A stretch of 64,000 nucleotides of DNA from an uncultured Chloroflexia bacterium (GTDB lineage Bacteria; Chloroflexota; Limnocylindria; QHBO01). The notes beneath the pieces are model-generated. The model did not search any database. It was not told the origin of the DNA and was given only the letters and a program-made list of their open reading frames with translations. The stretch lies in contig CAWFCQ010000007.1 in NCBI GenBank assembly GCA_963814375.1, forward strand, positions 283,244 to 347,243, in the 5' to 3' direction. This document shows positions 61,636 to 64,000 of the stretch, in pieces. Position 1 is the stretch's first letter, and each line of letters begins with the position of its first letter. The position numbers and the translations under genes are program-made.

Positions 61636-62334
61636 ATGCGACGCAGGCTGCTTGTCGTCGAGGACGATCCGACGCTGCGCCAGGCCCTGACCTTCAACCT
61701 GACCCGCGAGGGCTACGAGGTGACCAGCGCTGCCGACGGCGAGTCCGCGCTCGAGGCCGCCCGCAGCGATCGTCTCGACCTCATCCTTCTCGACGTCATG
61801 CTGCCGGGGATGAGCGGCATCGAGGTCCTGCGCGTCCTTCGCCGCGAGTCGGTAACGACGCCGGTGATCATCCTCTCTGCCAAGGGCGACGAGATCGACC
61901 GGGTCGTCGGCCTCAAGGTCGGTGCAGACGACTATGTCGCCAAGCCCTTCAGCCGCCCGGAGCTGCTCGCCCGCGTCGAGGCCGTGCTGCGGCGCCAGCG
62001 CCGCGAGGGCCCGACGCCCGAGCGCCGCGACGAGCTGGAGTTCGGTGGCGTCCGCATCGACGTCGCGCGGCGGGAGGTACGTGTCGATGGTGAGCCGATC
62101 CACGTCACGACCAAGGAGTTCGACCTCCTCGCCCACATGGCGGCCAGCCCGGGGCGGATCTTCACCCGTGACCAGCTCCTGGCACGCATCTGGGGCTACG
62201 ACTACCTCGGTGACGGACGGACGGTAGATGTGCATGTGAGCTGGCTGCGCGGCAAGCTACGCGGAAGCGACGGCCATAACTACTTCCGCACCGTGCGCGG
62301 CGTCGGCTATGCCTTCGCGCCACGCTCCGCGTGA
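61636..62334 (+). CDS. phoB: OmpR-family response regulator (PhoB/RegX3-like)
   Basis: VEDD, LDVMLP, GADDY.KPF, RTVDVH..LR.K, TVRGVGY; symbol assigned from context. Confidence 0.88.
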   Translation: MRRRLLVVEDDPTLRQALTFNLTREGYEVTSAADGESALEAARSDRLDLILLDVMLPGMSGIEVLRVLRRESVTTPVIILSAKGDEIDRVVGLKVGADDYVAKPFSRPELLARVEAVLRRQRREGPTPERRDELEFGGVRIDVARREVRVDGEPIHVTTKEFDLLAHMAASPGRIFTRDQLLARIWGYDYLGDGRTVDVHVSWLRGKLRGSDGHNYFRTVRGVGYAFAPRSA

Positions 62335-63389
62335 CCGAGCCGACCGAAGCCGCCGCCTTCGAGGCGCTGCTCGGACCGCGCGGCGGGCACCTCATCGTCG
62401 TCGTCGACGACGCGCTCCGCATCGTCAGGGCCGGCCAGGCCGCGGCCGCACTGGCGGAGCGCTCCGAGATAGAGATGGTCGGCATGAGCCTGATCGCGGC
62501 GTTCGGATCGGCATCGCTGGACGGGGTCGCCCGTCAGGCGACGGCCGCCGGCAGGACCGTCTCCGGCGAGGCGTCGATGGGTCGCATCGGCGAGCTGCGG
62601 TACGCGGTCGACGCGATTCCCCTCGACGGCGGTGGCCTCGTCCTGTCGTTGCAGGAGGTCACCGAGCTCCGGCGCATCGAGCGCGTCCGACGAGACTTCG
62701 TGGCCAACATCAGCCACGAGCTGCGGACGCCACTGACCTCGATCAAGCTCCTCGCCGAGACGCTCACATCCGGGGCCATCGATGACCCTGCCACGATGCG
62801 CGACTTCGCGACCCAGGTCGAGCGAGAGGCCGACCACCTTGCCCAGCTTGTCGATGAATTGCTCGACCTCTCGATGATCGAGTCGGGCGAGACGAAGCTG
62901 GCCCTGCAGTCGATCGATCCCGCGGTCGTCGTCGAGGCCTGCGTTGGGCGGATCGGCCCGGTCGCCGAGCGTCGCGAGGTCAGCGTTCGACGGGTCGCTC
63001 CGGAGCCGAGCCAAGATCGAGCACTCGCGGATCCGTCGCGCCTCGGCCAGGCGCTCCTGAATCTCGCGCACAACGCCGTCAAGTACTCGCAGCCCGGTGG
63101 CGAGGTCCGCCTCGGCTGGACGACGCTCGGCGAGCGGATCCGGTTCACCGTCGCCGACGACGGAATCGGCGTCCCGGAGGCCCACCAGGGCCGGCTCTTC
63201 GAGCGGTTCTACAAGGTCGATCGGTCCCGCGCCAGGGATCGCGAGACTGAGCGGTTGGGTGGCAGCGCCGGTCTGGGATTGGCGATCGTGCGCCACATCG
63301 CCGAGGCACACGGCGGTTCTGTCGGGCTGACCTCGGAAGAGGGCGTTGGCTCAACGTTCTGGATCGAAGTTCCTCGCGACCAGCACTGA
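62331..63389 (+). CDS. phoR: Sensor histidine kinase (PhoR/SenX3-like), no obvious TM
   Basis: DFVANISHELRTPL, NAVKYS, DDGIG, FERFYKVD, GLGLAI; symbol assigned from context. Confidence 0.88.
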   Translation: MTEPTEAAAFEALLGPRGGHLIVVVDDALRIVRAGQAAAALAERSEIEMVGMSLIAAFGSASLDGVARQATAAGRTVSGEASMGRIGELRYAVDAIPLDGGGLVLSLQEVTELRRIERVRRDFVANISHELRTPLTSIKLLAETLTSGAIDDPATMRDFATQVEREADHLAQLVDELLDLSMIESGETKLALQSIDPAVVVEACVGRIGPVAERREVSVRRVAPEPSQDRALADPSRLGQALLNLAHNAVKYSQPGGEVRLGWTTLGERIRFTVADDGIGVPEAHQGRLFERFYKVDRSRARDRETERLGGSAGLGLAIVRHIAEAHGGSVGLTSEEGVGSTFWIEVPRDQH

Positions 63390-63401
63390 AGGCGGCCCCT
63401 G

Positions 63402-64000
63402 TCAGCCCAGGGAGTCTCCAGAGCAATCAGGCGGGTTCGGGGCGTCGAGGTGATCCAGCGCGAGGAGGCGGCCGTCGAGATCGAGGCTGAGCGCCCAGGT
63501 CGCTCCCTTGGCCGTGCGAACCGGCTGCTCGAGCGGATAGTCGTCCTCGTGCGCGATTCGTCCCAGAAGGTCGGGAATGACGTCTCCCTGGCTGCAGGCG
63601 ACGGCATCGAGCCCTGTCCCGCCCAACCTCCGAACGTAGCCGACCGCCTCCTCCTCGCGACCGGGGTAGCCGACCTCGCTGAGCATAGGCTCGGGAATGA
63701 CGGTGAGCTGTTGCGCGTCGGCCAGTGGCTCGACGGTTTCGACGCACCGACGGACATCGGCCGACGCGATCGTTCCGACCTCGAATCGCGAGAGGATGCG
63801 CACCAGCTCGTCGGCCTGCGCGACGCCGCACTCGTCGAGCGGCCGCTCGCGATCTTCGCCGTCCCATGTAGACGCCGAGCCGGCCATGGCGTGGCGAACC
63901 AGCAGCACGGTCCGGCTCGGCCCGGGGCCCCGGGCGAAGAGCTCGAGGACGTCGCGATCGGTGTCGCGGGTGAGCCGTTCGGAGGCTTCGGCCAGGGACA
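63402..64000 (-). CDS. MutT1-like NUDIX + histidine-phosphatase protein, C-terminal part (runs off window)
   Basis: Frame open to the edge: ..ERLTRDTDRDVL..TVLLVRHAMAG..DRERPL..RCVETVEPLA..CSQGDVIP. Confidence 0.8.
   Translation of the reverse strand, partial: SLAEASERLTRDTDRDVLELFARGPGPSRTVLLVRHAMAGSASTWDGEDRERPLDECGVAQADELVRILSRFEVGTIASADVRRCVETVEPLADAQQLTVIPEPMLSEVGYPGREEEAVGYVRRLGGTGLDAVACSQGDVIPDLLGRIAHEDDYPLEQPVRTAKGATWALSLDLDGRLLALDHLDAPNPPDCSGDSLG

Overview
High-GC (roughly 70% by eye) bacterial chromosome segment. Gene style suggests Chloroflexota or Actinomycetota; this is inference, as no marker gene is present. Core content: a pyrR-pyrB-pyrC-(3 hypotheticals)-pyrE operon, tldD/tldE, two ECF sigma/anti-sigma pairs, three tRNAs (Gly-CCC, fMet, Lys-TTT), a 4-gene FtsX-type ABC transporter, a decayed 4.3-kb island at tRNA-Lys, a CYTH/Ppx protein, phoX, arsC/arsM/arsR, chrA, pit and pstSCAB-phoU with a two-component system. 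The strongest novelty candidate is at the left edge (1-3075). There a multi-unit peptide precursor of 7-8 DD[T/V]EGH-core-(K/R)R units lies co-oriented with a stand-alone GAF protein, a minimal S8 protease and an MFS transporter, downstream of a Crp-family regulator with candidate operators. Other notable items are a cbb3-oxidase subunit I homolog apparently lacking all six His ligands next to a cytochrome c, a GalT homolog lacking its catalytic His, a secreted lysyl-oxidase-like protein, and a dispersed ~180-bp palindromic element whose stems appear to covary between copies. About ten genes carry single frameshifts, mostly +1 insertions, most likely assembly errors. All family calls are from motif recognition by eye, without database searches.
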